A stretch of 64,000 nucleotides of DNA from assembly GCF_022045235.1 (NCBI RefSeq), contig NW_027266265.1:47430001-47494000 (forward strand), given 5' to 3'. The translations under genes and the position numbers were made by a program. Under the pieces are notes generated by a model. That model was not told the DNA's origin. It did not search any database and saw only the letters and a program-made list of their open reading frames with translations. Source of the stretch: Haliotis cracherodii. Its lineage: Eukaryota. Shown here in pieces: positions 36,552 to 49,600 of this stretch (positions are counted from its first letter, which is position 1; every line of letters begins with the position of its first letter).

Positions 36552-38126
36552 GGAGAGTAATGTCAAAGTCATCTGAACACACATTATTACGCCTAAAATG
36601 TACTTCAGTATCAGGTAACAAGAAGAGAATTTAACATTAGGTAAACATCTAACTCCTTGTAAGTAAACACAACATGAAGGTTAATCGTCGGAAAACCTCG
36701 AGTGTTTACAATCTGAAGCAAAATCACGAAAGTGAAGACGCAACGTCAGGTAAGGCACATTTATGATGAATATTTACCGTAATCATAATATATCCTCCCC
36801 TCCCCTCACAATAGCGGTATGTCTGATGTATCACTCAAACGCTGGCATCCAAGTCATGAACGTTATTTGTAGGCTTGATGACATTAATAATGATATTTGA
36901 ACTAGATGGTCGATATATCTGACGCCCAAAGCGAACCAACGATGTCACCGGATGTGTTCACCTTGTTTCGTGTCAGTCCGACGGAGGACGAACGCGCAAT
37001 CAATTATTTGTTCTAGTGCAGCCTTTTTGAAATTTACGAGTGCTCATACGGCGAGATCAATCACGCTTGACAGGTGGCCATTACGTATTGTGGTATGTAT
37101 TAGCGAGAGTACCTGGGTCACGTATCGAGGTCTATGACAGGTTTTACCGCTACATCTTGTCAGATACGGCTGCCATCATACGAAACATGGACTCGCTTTT
37201 TCTGTATGATATCTTGTTTTATTACATACTTCAGTGTGTAAGACTGAGTTGATGTTGAAAAAGTGGTATTTTCATAGCAGTGAACACAACACTTGATATT
37301 TCATTGCAGTGAACATAACGCTTTGACGGAACTATTGTATTAAAAGAGTTACCTCCCCGCAGATTATCTCCGCTTTATCGTAAGTGTCTCGCCCGTGCAC
37401 AAACTGATGACGTCCTTTTTACGTAAGTTCCACATTGACAAAGAAAAATAATGACAGATGGTCATTCATGGAGTTAATATCGCTTCTTGCCGTTTGTTAT
37501 TTCTCATTTAACTCGTCAGTTGAGTCTGTTCGTTTCTCAAAGTGCCATATACTTAACCAACTTGTATTCTTTCACTTCCTGCAAAGTTGATATTGTATAT
37601 AATCATATCCAAATGTATGGGAAGGAATTTTATTGACATCAAATATTTTCTGTTACTTTTGTTTATATTTCTAAAGACTTTGCAAACACGGAACTACTTT
37701 TTAAGTCGCAATTACAAGGGGTGGTCCCTGCCTGTTAGTTAGGGAGAATTTTCGTTTCAAGGTATTACATTTGTAATGAAATTATTTAATTTTCCGGTAG
37801 ACAACTACACAAAGTGTATATATAATAGATAGGATATTCCTATACCCTACTCGTGAAAACATTTCCTTTCCACCGTCTTTTGATGATATTTCACGAGACA
37901 CATGGAAAATCCTCTATATCACAGAGAAACTCCACTATCTCGATATGTGGTTTAAGGCGATTTAACTTCATGGTACTGACACGATGAACTTGCTCCGCTT
38001 ATCTCGAACTAGGGAAAATTTGACATATTTTCGATTGCCAGAGTACAGAGTTAACAAGGTTTTGATGAATGTGATTTCTACTACAATGTTGCTTTATATC
38101 CTACATACCTTGTTATAACGTGACAG

Positions 38127-38480
38127 GACCGCCTCCGTGGTCTAATGGTAGAGCGTCCGCCCGGAGAGCGGAAGGTCCGGGGTTCAATCCCCGACCGCGT
38201 CATACCAAAAGACGTTAAAAGTTGGTACTTGTTGTTACCCTGTCTGGCTCTCGGCATTAATGGGCTAAAACAAGGACTGGTCGGTTCGGAGTCAGTATAC
38301 TGTGTCTGAGTGGGGTAGTCATGTTAAACTGCGGGATGGTATCTCATTGAGCTAGCACTATAAATCGGCATCAGTCCGGACTAGTACAAGCAGCCACACA
38401 AACACACACACGTACATGCACGTCGCTATATAAGTGCAATGATCCTGACGTGACGTTAAACCCCATTTCACCTCGCGACC
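38127..38480 (+). mobile_element. Family C SINE: tRNA head plus Meta/MESC (RUDI-type) central domain
   Basis: A box tggtctaatgg, B box ggttcaatcc; gtcataccaaaagacgttaaaagttggtacttgttg..gactggtcggttcggagtcagtatactgtgtctgagtgg..gagctagcactataaa resembles mollusc MetaSINE/RUDI bodies (recalled, not searched); TSD tataaYgtKacag. Confidence 0.85.
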
Positions 38481-40671
38481 TATAATGTTACAGTGCCCTG
38501 TTATGCTCAAACACCAACATTGTACTATAAGACCTGTTCCGTTGTTCATCCCAAACTGGATTCAATGGGAGATATCGCTTGGATCAGATCGATCGTTATA
38601 TCCCAGGAGAAATCGCTACATTGAAACCGCATCACAATGCTTTGGAGACCAATCACAATGAAATGATTTCACAACTCTTTCTGCCACTGAATAAAGTCGG
38701 GTGTACTTTTTACACTAAAGACATTGGTTATTACTGTATTCACTGAAAAAGTTGGAGAATGATGTTGGATGATATATAGAATCTCACCCGCATGTCTTTG
38801 TTTAAAAAATATCAACACTAATCGATAAAAGTTTAAAACTGCTAGCCAAGCCTCGGAGTCTTAAACCTTTATCGACTCGTGTCGTTATATTTGATATCAA
38901 AAGACGTTCTATCTATAATCGGGGTGACTGTGTACGAACTTAGTCATGTCGGGTTTTCCTCCCATATTAAGCTTTCGTCGTATTTAACAGAACACTTTTC
39001 ATCCGTCTTTCTGTGTAATGTTATGATCCTCGAACCTGTTTATATAGCGAGCCCTCAAGTCGGCACCAACGTCTGCTGGTGTTGTGGAGCCTTCTGAATG
39101 GGAGTAATGTTATCGAATGGTATGCAAGATGGCGACAATCATCTGATTGTATTACTGATCTACAGCTGTAAAGACCACTGCAAGTTGACACAATAAATAA
39201 ATACATATTTTTTAATCGATATGTTTTGTATATAGGTAAACTTTCAAATAAAAGCGACAAACTCTTTCCATATGCATGAGAAATCTCTGCTAAAAGCAGA
39301 GTCGGTTGTACGATTCCGACTGTCATGATCATGTGTTTATGAACAAACGCTGACTGCCACGACTAGTAACCTTACGATACGACATTTCGCCGATTCATTG
39401 ATCACGTTGATAAATTCTTTGAACTGATGTACTCCATATTTGCAGCATGGATGAAATCTTAATATAAAGTAGTCTGATCCAACGTTTGAACCTATTCTAA
39501 ATGCCATGCAAGGAATAATGTCGTGACAGAATAAATCATGTGTTTAATTACGCAAATACAAACACAATCTCCAAGGCAATACGGGAAGGGGTCAGAAAAA
39601 TAGATCCCTTCTAGACTTGAAACATTGAAAGATCAATAACACAAGGGTCATGGTGATTGTGATAAACTGATGTTAACAACTAAAACAACATTAAACCCCA
39701 TGAGGGTAATTACGATTTTCAACAAGCGTTACACACCAAAATTCGCTGGCCCGAACAAAGCTTGTGGAATTCGAAATGTACAACTTTCGATCATGCAACC
39801 GACTCCTCCATCCTCCTTAAGTTATCTCCCTTGGGAGGTAGGCGCGCGTTAGCACTACCAATAGTGCGATAACAGTACCCAGCTTTCACATGAAGCAACC
39901 AATCGCGAAATTATCGCCCGTTAAAGACCTCAGAGGAATGATTCGCAATTTTACGCCGTCAATATACAGTTGTAGTAGAATATTAGGGCTGCAAATGTCC
40001 TCTAAAGTTTGCAGGCAAAATACCGAGTCTCTGCGCTTTGACCGTAGGCGGCCCATCTAATTTACATGCTCGGGTAACCATGACCCGGAAATGAACTTGA
40101 TGACATTGAATGTGCGTAATTAAGGTTTTATATGGACACTGTTACGTGACCCATGACCTTGGTAGGCCCCTTAAGTAAATGTTGGGTTAGACATGAATGC
40201 GAATTATTTCTTTTAAGATACATTGATTTATTGAGATAAATATTTTCTGTTGAACTCTATTTTATTTTTAATGGGTGTTCGCTTATCTCTCGATGGCGTA
40301 TATCACCGGTGTTGCTAACCGCGCTCGTAAATAACCAGACATAATCAGAGTTAATAATTACTGTGAAATTGCGATGTAAGGCGACTGAAGACAACATGTG
40401 GACTAATGTGATCGCTGAACGAAAGGACCGAGAACTTAAAACAAAACAATGCACGCAAGCACTGATGGATTATGGATGTAAAATGAACATTCTTTTCTGT
40501 CACTGTTATATCTGATAAGTGGCAGGAACTTTTATGGAAAAATAATGTTCATATTGGTAAAAAGAAATGCCTAGGATTTTTAGAGATTGATTTATGTCAA
40601 GGCCTGCATGACCATGTCTGCCTTGGCGAAATTTAGGTAGGTATTGCACCTTTAAGAATCGAAACATTCAG

Positions 40672-40707
<36 letters not shown>

Positions 40708-40922
40708 TTTATGGAGCTGGCCAACTGAGATATATCATGTCGCAAGTTAACATAGATACCCCACTCAGACACAGCATACTGACTCCGAGCCGACCAGTCT
40801 TTATATCCTTAATGCCGAGCGCCAGGCAGGGAAACAAGTACCATGTTTTGGCGTCGCAGGGATAGAACCACCGACGTTCCGCTCTATGGTCAAATGCTTT
40901 CTCCACTGGACCAAGAATGGGT
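40708..40922 (-). mobile_element. Family C SINE, partial, next to (TG)n
   Basis: ccccactcagacacagcatactgactccgagccgaccagtc match. Confidence 0.82.
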
Positions 40923-42349
40923 CGATCTTACGTCGGGTGTAGCCGGGTATATTATACTTGTATATTGCTCACACCTGGGCAGGTAAAGATATGTGAAAAC
41001 ATAATAATAGTTACTGATATAGGTTGTTGCCATCAAACCAATGATCAAATTTAGATCCAGCAGTTGCTAGTGGACTTGACCTTATATTATAGGTTTTTGT
41101 TTTATTTGCGTCTTGCACAGATGAGTTCTTGATCCGGGTTCCTTTGCTAGTATTAATAGTCTTGGGCAACTATCATTTTGAGATATTGTGTTTTAAAAAC
41201 GTCAAGGGATCAGCTGTCCACAACGCCTTCATTTATCGTGGTATATTATCTACTCAGAAATCTTTACTACCTATTAACTCATCTTGCAACTTGTCTTAAG
41301 GGCAATTAATTTGTTATCGGGGTAAATATATTGAAATATATTGCTCTGGAATAGCAAAACGGAAACTTCTCATTGGCAAAGCGAGGTTCCAAAATTCGTG
41401 ACAATCCCTGCAGACCGTTAAAGAAAAGGTGACGTGTGAAATCTGGCACATTGTAAAGCTTGTGATGAATCTGCTGTTTGACCGTTTCTAACCTTGCCTC
41501 CGCGGGGACTACTTTCACATCGTAGCAAACGTTACATGTGTTGTATACGTTATGCTGACACGGCTGCCGTCGGGGCACTGGTGACGTCGGCTTACGGCGT
41601 CCAAACATGCAATTTTACCATTAGCTTCCGCCAAGGACATTCCTGACGGGACCTGAGCATATTCCAGCGCGGCGTGGTGTTGAAAGCAGGAATGGATTTC
41701 ATCCTTGAAGTGTCAATAGCTGTCAGTTTGCAATACGCTGTAGACATTGTTTCAGTGTGGTAACATTCTTATCGTGGTCAATTGCTCTTTGTTGTGTTAG
41801 GGTCGTATGTTAGATGTCCCTTGGCGTTTTGCCTGCATCTCACACCGAATCTGAAATACGTATTTGGCGTTTATGGCTTTGCCGTGTACATTGGCAATAG
41901 ACGTTTTTTTCGCGAATGCTTGATTATTTTTGAGAGTGGGGTTGGTCTTAAGGAATATATCAGATACTATTTTTGAGAGGGTAATAATTTCACTTCGCAT
42001 CATTTCGCTATATAGTACTCTGTCTTTTTAAGAGAAGAGACAGGAGTTCAATAACAAAAAATATGTTTTTATTTCGTTTTAGGATTGTATCCCTTTCAAA
42101 AAAGACGTTTTTACGCGCATGGCATTGGGGCAGGATATGCAAAACGCTGTAGAGCATATGGAGCTGTGGACAATAATGGACACACCTTAGAGACATTATG
42201 TAATTGTCTTCTAAACCTAACAAAACAAATTTAAGAATGAAATGTCGACCATAGTGTATAATTATTAAATCATCTGTATGGTGTCAGGTGAAATTTGACA
42301 TCTTATCATGTTTTGTGTTGTTTTTTTTTACTTTGACATCCCCGATTAA

Positions 42350-42506
42350 TTTTCCAGGTTTGTCAGCACCATACCGGGGTTTCACAATAATCGTAAACTC
42401 CTGAGACCTGCATCACATCGGGCTTTCCTCCTGTGTCAAGCTGTCACGCTGTGATAAAACTGGAATACTGTTCAAAGCAGCGTTAAACCCAACTCGTTCA
42501 CTCACT
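42350..42506 (+). mobile_element. Family D SINE, 5'-truncated
   Basis: aggtttgtcagcaccatacc..cctgagacctgcatcac..ggctttcctcc..gcgttaaacccaactc. Confidence 0.85.
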
Positions 42507-42510
42507 TGAA

Positions 42511-43053
42511 ATAGAATCATGAAACGCCGCGAATATTAATTACAATAGCTGCATGTGTGCTAAAAGTGAAAGCAAGACTTTCAGGTTATAAGGAATATTA
42601 CTTAAGTAATGACAAAAGGTGCAAAGTGTGCTTTTTAAGAAATACACCTTTTTGCTCGAGATGAACGTCAACGAGTTTTCATCACGTGGTGATCAGGGCA
42701 GTCACGTGACTGTATTTAGGCTATATTCAGAAGCGTGTGCAACGTACGTACTTTATCAGCCCGAGCTGAATGAAAAAATGCGCAGTCGTAAAGTATTATT
42801 AGTATTTAAGGCCTTATTGGCCTCTTTCTAGATGCGGGCACTTCTAAAAATGACCGCTCGCAGTCACCTGACTGTGTATACTTGCCAAGGTTTGTAACCA
42901 CGTGATCAAAACTCAATGATGATGTTTATCGCATGCAAAGTTCTTACTGTCATTCAATGCTGTAAGTATTTCCTGAATGGCTTGTCACATTAAGTATAGG
43001 CACACACGCAGCTATCATCGTTAATTGTTAATCGCCATATTTCGTGATTCTAT
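42511..43053. mobile_element. Old ~540-bp foldback element/MITE
   Basis: Nested inverted matches: atagaatcatgaaa/tttcgtgattctat, atagctgcatgtgtgc/gcacacacgcagctat, gagttttcatcacgtggt/accacgtgatcaaaactc, cagtcacgtgactg/cagtcacctgactg. Confidence 0.8.
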
Positions 43054-43127
43054 ATTATTTGGCGAGGACTATAGAGCTTTTCATAAAATCATGTCCTAAA
43101 AGTTTTCCTATAACATGGATACCGACA

Positions 43128-43255
43128 TGGACCGACCAATCCTTGTTTTATCCTCGTAACGCCGAGCGTCTTTCGATATGACGCAGCCTGGAATCAAAAC
43201 ACCAATCTTCCGCTATCCCGACAGACTCTCTATCCACTAGACCAAGGATGTGATC
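43128..43255 (-). mobile_element. Family C SINE fragment
   Basis: gaccaatccttgtttta..gccgagcg..ccactagacca match. Confidence 0.65.
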
Positions 43256-43258
43256 TCT

Positions 43259-43410
43259 GGGCGGTGGTTAAAGCATTCGCTCGTCACGCTGAACATCCGG
43301 GTTCGATTCCCTACATAGATACAATGTATGAAGCCCATTTCTGGTGTCCTCCGCCGTGATGTTGCTGGAATATTGTTAAGATCGACGTAAAACCATGATC
43401 ACTCACTCAC
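43259..43410 (+). mobile_element. SINE family A
   Basis: Consensus match with cactcac tail. Confidence 0.88.
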
Positions 43411-43540
43411 AACAATTCTTATGAAACTATCATGTCTCAACAATGTTTAAATCAACGTAGCTAGAATCTTTCTCTGTTTCACGCGTAAGTTATTCTAGAG
43501 CTATCTAAAGAAAAGCTTCAGCTTAAATAATTTTTGAAGA

Positions 43541-43705
43541 GGGGCGGTCGGGTAGCCTCGTGGTTAAAGCGTTCGCTCGTCACGCCGAAGACCCGGGTTC
43601 GATTCCCGACATGGGTTCAATGTGTGAAGCCCATTTCTGGTATCCCCGGCCGTGTTATTGCTGGAATATTGCTAAAAGCTGCGTAACACCATACTCAGTC
43701 ACTCC
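43541..43705 (+). mobile_element. SINE family A
   Basis: Consensus match; TSD ttttgaaga at 43532-43540 and 43707-43715. Confidence 0.92.
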
Positions 43706-45049
43706 GTTTTGAAGATCAACACACCTCCTTCCCATTCCAATATCAGGAATCTTTATTTCCATCTTAAATAAATGACAAAATAATTCGCTCCAGATCCTCC
43801 CTCGTGTTGACCCCTTCCACCTATCAGATATACACAGGTTTTGAGAACAAACATGTCAGCACCATAAACCAATGTTATTTGTACGGGTGGTTTTAAATGT
43901 ATTTTATGTAGCAATTAAAATTCTTGACAGGTTCCAAAACTTAATCTTGTTGCAATTACCCGTCAATTAAATCTCCCATTCGTATACAAATGTACAAGGT
44001 CTGATGGGGACCTACATCTGGCAACGGTCACTGTACGCGTAATTGTAATGTTGACTAAGAAAAGCCAAGCACTTCCGCTCGAGAGACGTAAAAAAGCCTC
44101 GTTGCTAAACATCGTGGTATCGAATAAACATCTTTGCGTGGTGGCGGAAAACAATAATAAATATTTATCTGGTGCAGTGCGCAAGACACTAACTCGTCGC
44201 TTGTGTCCGATTCGAACCATTTACCACGGCACCTGTTCCCATCCGTCATGCGCACGCGTCGAATACGAAACTGTGGCAGAATTTGTTATGTGCAGGTGGG
44301 GCCGAGTATCCCATGCCCCTTACATCCTGTGCGATCTTATCTGGTCGCATAGACCAATCAAAAGAAGGGTGACGAGCAAGTATTCGCGGCATTTATTTAA
44401 AGCTTTCCTCTTGGGGCAATTAGGGCTTATTACGACCAGGCTTTGATGTGATTAAATAGACCATTCAGTCTAATTGCAGAGGATATACTGTCTCCCAGAA
44501 GACGATAGCCTTCCACTAGTAGGTCTCAGATGTTAATAAATCAATTTACATGGATAAAAAGTAGTTATAGCATGGTAACCACGTCGACAGCTTCCAGAAC
44601 ATATGTTCTCAACGTGAAATGTCTCTACTGCTATTACATTGCATGCTGACTCGCGGTGAACGATGTGGCGGAGATTTGAGACGAGAGTGAAAGCTCTTAA
44701 ATGAAACTTGGTATTCCTTAATCTACCCCCGAATCTGCCTATTTCTGTAGAATTAACTCCACATTTACCTGATCGGGTGTCTGGTATCGGGTGTCACGGA
44801 GTCGGTTTACCTGAGGAGGATTTAATACAAATTACTCCAGTCGTAATCTTGAGCAGCGTGTTATAATTGCATTTAAACGTAAAGCTACCATTATTAGTTT
44901 TGCCCCATCGTTGCTGATTTCAAGATATGTGTTTTTTTATATTTCCAGTTTAACTATTGCAATGTGAAAGAGTGAGAACCTTGATTTACGTTTGAAAAAA
45001 GGAAACATTCTGTAATATGTAGCAGTCAGCAAGTACTCCTATTCATCAT

Positions 45050-45478
45050 ATTTACGATAATGAAGTATTCGTATTTACAGTAACCATGTACTCGTATTCA
45101 TAAAAATCACGAGGGGGCGGTCGGGTAGCCCAGTGGTTAAAGCGTTCGCTCGTCACGCCGAAGACCCGGGTTCGATTCCCGACATGGGTACAATGTGTGA
45201 AGCCCATTCCTGGTGTCCCCCGCCGTGATATTGCTGGAATATTGCTAAAAGCGGCGTAAAACCATACTCACTCACCCACTATAAAAATCATGTAATCGTA
45301 TTTACAGTAGTCAAGAACTCGTATTTACAGTAAATCAATTAATCGTATTTACAGTAGTCAAGTACTCGTATTTACAGTAACCAATTACTCGTATTTACAG
45401 TAACCAAGTACTCGTATTTACAGTAACCAAGTACTCGTATTTACAGTAATCAATTACTCGTATTTACAGTAATCAAGC
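45050..45478. repeat. 22-bp minisatellite interrupted by SINE A
   Basis: tactcgtatttacagtaaccaa. Confidence 0.92.
45113..45280 (+). mobile_element. SINE family A (near consensus) inserted in a 22-bp minisatellite
   Basis: Head gggtagcccagtggttaaagcgttcgctcgtcacgccgaagacccgggttcgattcccgac resembles tRNA-Asp(GTC); TSD ataaaaatca at 45100-45109 and 45281-45290. Confidence 0.93.
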
Positions 45479-45709
45479 TATGATAAAACAAATCTTTGAA
45501 TCATTTGTTGTTACACTGCCTGCCGTTCGACATTTCGGGGACAAAACAAAGGCTGGTCGGCTCGCGAACGCGATGTTCAACTTCACCTCACAATACAGAA
45601 ATGATGAAGACGGCCAGTTGTTGCTACAGCCTAGGTATTGCTACAGTCGAGGTGTTGACATTGTAATAAGAGCCATGACACATAACAGCACAGCTAACAA
45701 CATGATATT

Positions 45710-46230
45710 GCCACCACCACCACCACCAGTGACACCACCACCACCAGTGACACCACCACCGCCACCAGTGACACCACCACCAGCAGTGACACCACCACGG
45801 CCACCACCGCCACCAGTGACATCAACATCACCACCAGTGACACCAACACCGCCACCAGTGACACCACCACCACCACTACCATCACCACCAGTGACACCAC
45901 CACCACCGCCACCAGTGACACCACCACCACCGCCACCAGTGACACCACCACCACCACTAGTGACACCACCACGGCCACCAGTGACACCACCACGGCCACC
46001 AGTGACACCACCACGGCCACCGCCACCAGTGACACCACCACGGCCACCGCCACCAGTGACATCAACATCACCACTACCACCACCGCCACCAGTGACACCA
46101 CCACCACCGCCACCAGTGACACCACCACCACCACCGCCGCCACCAGTGACATCAACATCACCACCAGTGACACCACCACCGCCACCAGTGACACCACCAC
46201 CACCACTACCACCACCACCAGTGACACCAA
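45710..46230. repeat. (CCA)n/GTGACA triplet-based minisatellite
   Basis: ccaccaccRccaccagtgaca repeats. Confidence 0.93.
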
Positions 46231-46334
46231 CAAAAATACCAAGAATTATATAGTCTTGGTCCACTTAGATACCATGCCGAAGTTAACATGGATATCCAAC
46301 ACAGACACATTCTACTTAAATATATTTATTTAAA

Positions 46335-46657
46335 TGAGATGGGGTTTAATGTTGCGTTCAAGATTATTGCTTTTATATAATGACGTGAATCCACGTGTGC
46401 ATGTGTACAGCTTGTGCTAATCCAGACCAATGCCGGTTTTATAGCGCTAGCCCACTGAGATACCATGCCGCAGTTAAACACAGATACCCCACTTAGACTC
46501 CAAGAACACCAGTCCTCGTTTTATCGAGTCGAGCCCAGGCAAGGTAACAACAAATACCACCTTTTAAGGTCTTTTGTATGACGCGGCCAGACGATCTAAT
46601 CACTGGTATTCCGCTCTCCAGTCAGATGCTATTTCCACTGGACCACAGAGGCGGCGG
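46335..46657 (-). mobile_element. Family C SINE, diverged full length
   Basis: Tail atggggtttaatgttgcg through head ccactggaccacagaggcg. Confidence 0.82.
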
Positions 46658-49600
46658 TTTCTGTCCTCTGCACAGAGAATTGCGGGCCTTTGACGACAGG
46701 GTCACCCGTGGACCCCATTATCACAAACCCATTATCTTCTATCCCATTCACACCAAAGCAGGCCCTGGTTGCATAGATATAAGTTAAAACTCGTTGTTTC
46801 GTCTCCATTTCTCTTGGTTTGGTGTTCAGTGAACATAATATATTTACAGCCTTTATTGCAACATGCGTTGACGCACTGTTTACTGTAGGCGTATATACTG
46901 TAACGTGTGATCTGAGTTATCTAAAATAATTACTTTTGGTTATCATTTACATTCATAAGCTATTTCAGATGCAGAAAGCGTAAACTAGTGTATCTTATCT
47001 GCCTTTTACTATTGCTGTTTTTAAGCAGGACACGGGTGAATCTAAAAAAATCTTAAAACCCGCGACATTTCAAGTTAATGTTCAATTAAGTTCAGCGAAG
47101 TTTTAAAAAGCCTATCCCTTGTCATATATCCTTCAAATGTGAAAAGTGTAGCATGTAAAAAAAGCGTTGTGTCAATATTACAATAGTTAGATGTATTCCC
47201 AACTCGCTGATTGCAGTAAATTATGCTGACAAAATGTCCTAACCTTTGAAACAAGAGAACAACAAAAATATTACAAGTTTCTCCAAGGGCTCCGAACTGT
47301 CGTTTCAATTGCCTCATTATCGCGCCTGCAATAAGAAGCTTCAATTAAACCCACCAATATCCAACGGAGAAGCGAGATACTGAAGGGCAGGCACTCTCCA
47401 GACAATACGTTTGCATGCTCATTACAAAAAGTGTCCACATCCCCTTTGTCAGTAAGCCCTTGTTTGCAGAATTACAAATAATTGCCAGGAACCGCCTTGA
47501 GAAGAACTTGGTCCGTCCTTTCGTGACCAGCACTCTGTCTTGATAGCACCACAAGAGCAGTTTCGGGTCACAATCGCGAGAAATTAATTTATATCTCAAT
47601 AAATGTAAGATTTATCAAATATTTGGTGCTAAGGGGCCAATTCTTCCCCAAGCTATTCATTATATGGTGCGTTGAACACAACTAAACCAATCCGACCCGC
47701 CACCGGATAATCCGTCTTTCTTACAAGGGTTTTTCACCAGTGTCAACAAATTGAGTTGGTGTGTAAATACGTGGTGCCCTTGGGAATTGGCCATAATTAA
47801 AGAAGAGGTGCCATACAGTAGCACAAGATTACTGCCTGACAGCACTCATCAAACTTTTAGACCTCATTACCTAGGAGCCAGTGTAACAAGGGGGTTGATT
47901 AAATTAAACAGCATACCGTTTCCCACTCGGGACTGGTATCAAGGATGGGGAATGAGGCTTTCAGTAAAGCTAATTTAACTACACTCTGTTGTACACTTAA
48001 ACATTTTGTAAACCATCCCCCGTTCCAAATGTCAAGATTTATAACATTTCAATCTACAAAGCTTCAGTCCACGTTCGATACGCTGTTAATTGAGCTTCCA
48101 GAGGGCCTTCCAATAGTGACAGAAGATCCTGAAAGATTCATGATTGTACATAAGCCGATACTGCCCCCGTTGAAACACCGCGACAGAATGTGTGAATAGC
48201 ATGTATTTAAATTCTGATTGTCTCAACGCTGAGTAATTAATTCTGTTGGAATATTATTCCAGAGGTGCCTCACCCTTTCTGGTGGGCAGGGAGATGAGGC
48301 ACTTAATGGAACTTGATTAAATATCTGATTGCAAGACTTGTTTTGTTAGATTGTCTCTGTAAATATTTGGCAACAGATTAAATGAAAGCGTGTTGTGTTT
48401 CTTAAATTCGTTACAATTGGACATGATCACACATTAGGGTTGTATACACACTTGGTAGTTGTCACAGAATATGTTTACTGATCAATTATATTTCTGTACC
48501 CTTCTGAAACCTTGTTCAGATTTGATCATTATTGGAAAACATTGAGTCAACAGGGAAGGTGACTTTCCTGACCTCCTCTCTCCATTGAAAAGCAATAAAC
48601 AATAAACGATAACAAACACCGATTTCTTTATGACAGGAATGCAGTGGGGCCGATGAAATGATTTTCAACACCCAAAGCAAAGCAAATAATATGTTAAACT
48701 GTTGTTCAGAGCTTGATCTTAAAGGAAATATATCCATTTATCATCATCCAGTTAGATAGAAAGCTAACACTCACTTTGTCGGGGCGCTTTCCTCCTAGTT
48801 TTCAATTTGTATCGCATTAAACTATATAAAACAAACATAAACATAAAATTACAAATAATAACTGAACGAAATTTAAAGGAAACTTTTAAAAGAGTTCACA
48901 CGTGCATGTCAAATCAAGCTGCACTCTCTTTCATATGTTGCTTCGCATCAACATGCATCGTTTTGGCAGCTGACACCTTTACAATACATGGCTACTATAA
49001 CAACAGCTAGTAACGACATGGCCAAATTGCTGTCGCCGATCAGAAACTTGTCATGAGAGTGTTCTGATTCCCCATGCTTCGTGTAACTAAAGATACGAGA
49101 TCGGGACAAACAAACCAACTTGATTAATGACCAAAATTGCCCTGAAACACAATCAGTTAACCACATTGATTGAGCCAGCATTGTACACATTTTCTAAACA
49201 AACAATCAACAATTACCATTAACAAAGACGGAGGTAAAACACAACCCTGTCTGACACACCATCCCTAGACATCTTTGTCACCCGCTGTGCTGAGTTGACA
49301 GCCGTGGACCCAATAAAAGGTTTCAAATAGACTGATAACCGGCAAATTACCTCCTTCAATCAACCTGATCATTTTGCGGGCTATATGAACATGTAATTAT
49401 CACAAGGCAGCCCGATGTCGGAAAACGGCATTGCTTATTTATCACTTGACTGCCTCTGTCATTAAACGTCGAGAACGGTGCATCAACTAAACGCAAAAAC
49501 GTCGTTGCAAAACCGCTCCGACAGTTGCCGTGTCTGTCAGAGGCGTGCAAAGCTCTCACAGGTTCAATGGAAGCTCCGTGCAGACCCACAATTCTATGAA

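Noticed and set aside
45113-45190. tRNA-Asp gene
   Set aside because: Acceptor stem is not intact and it is followed by SINE body, tail and TSD; it is a SINE head.
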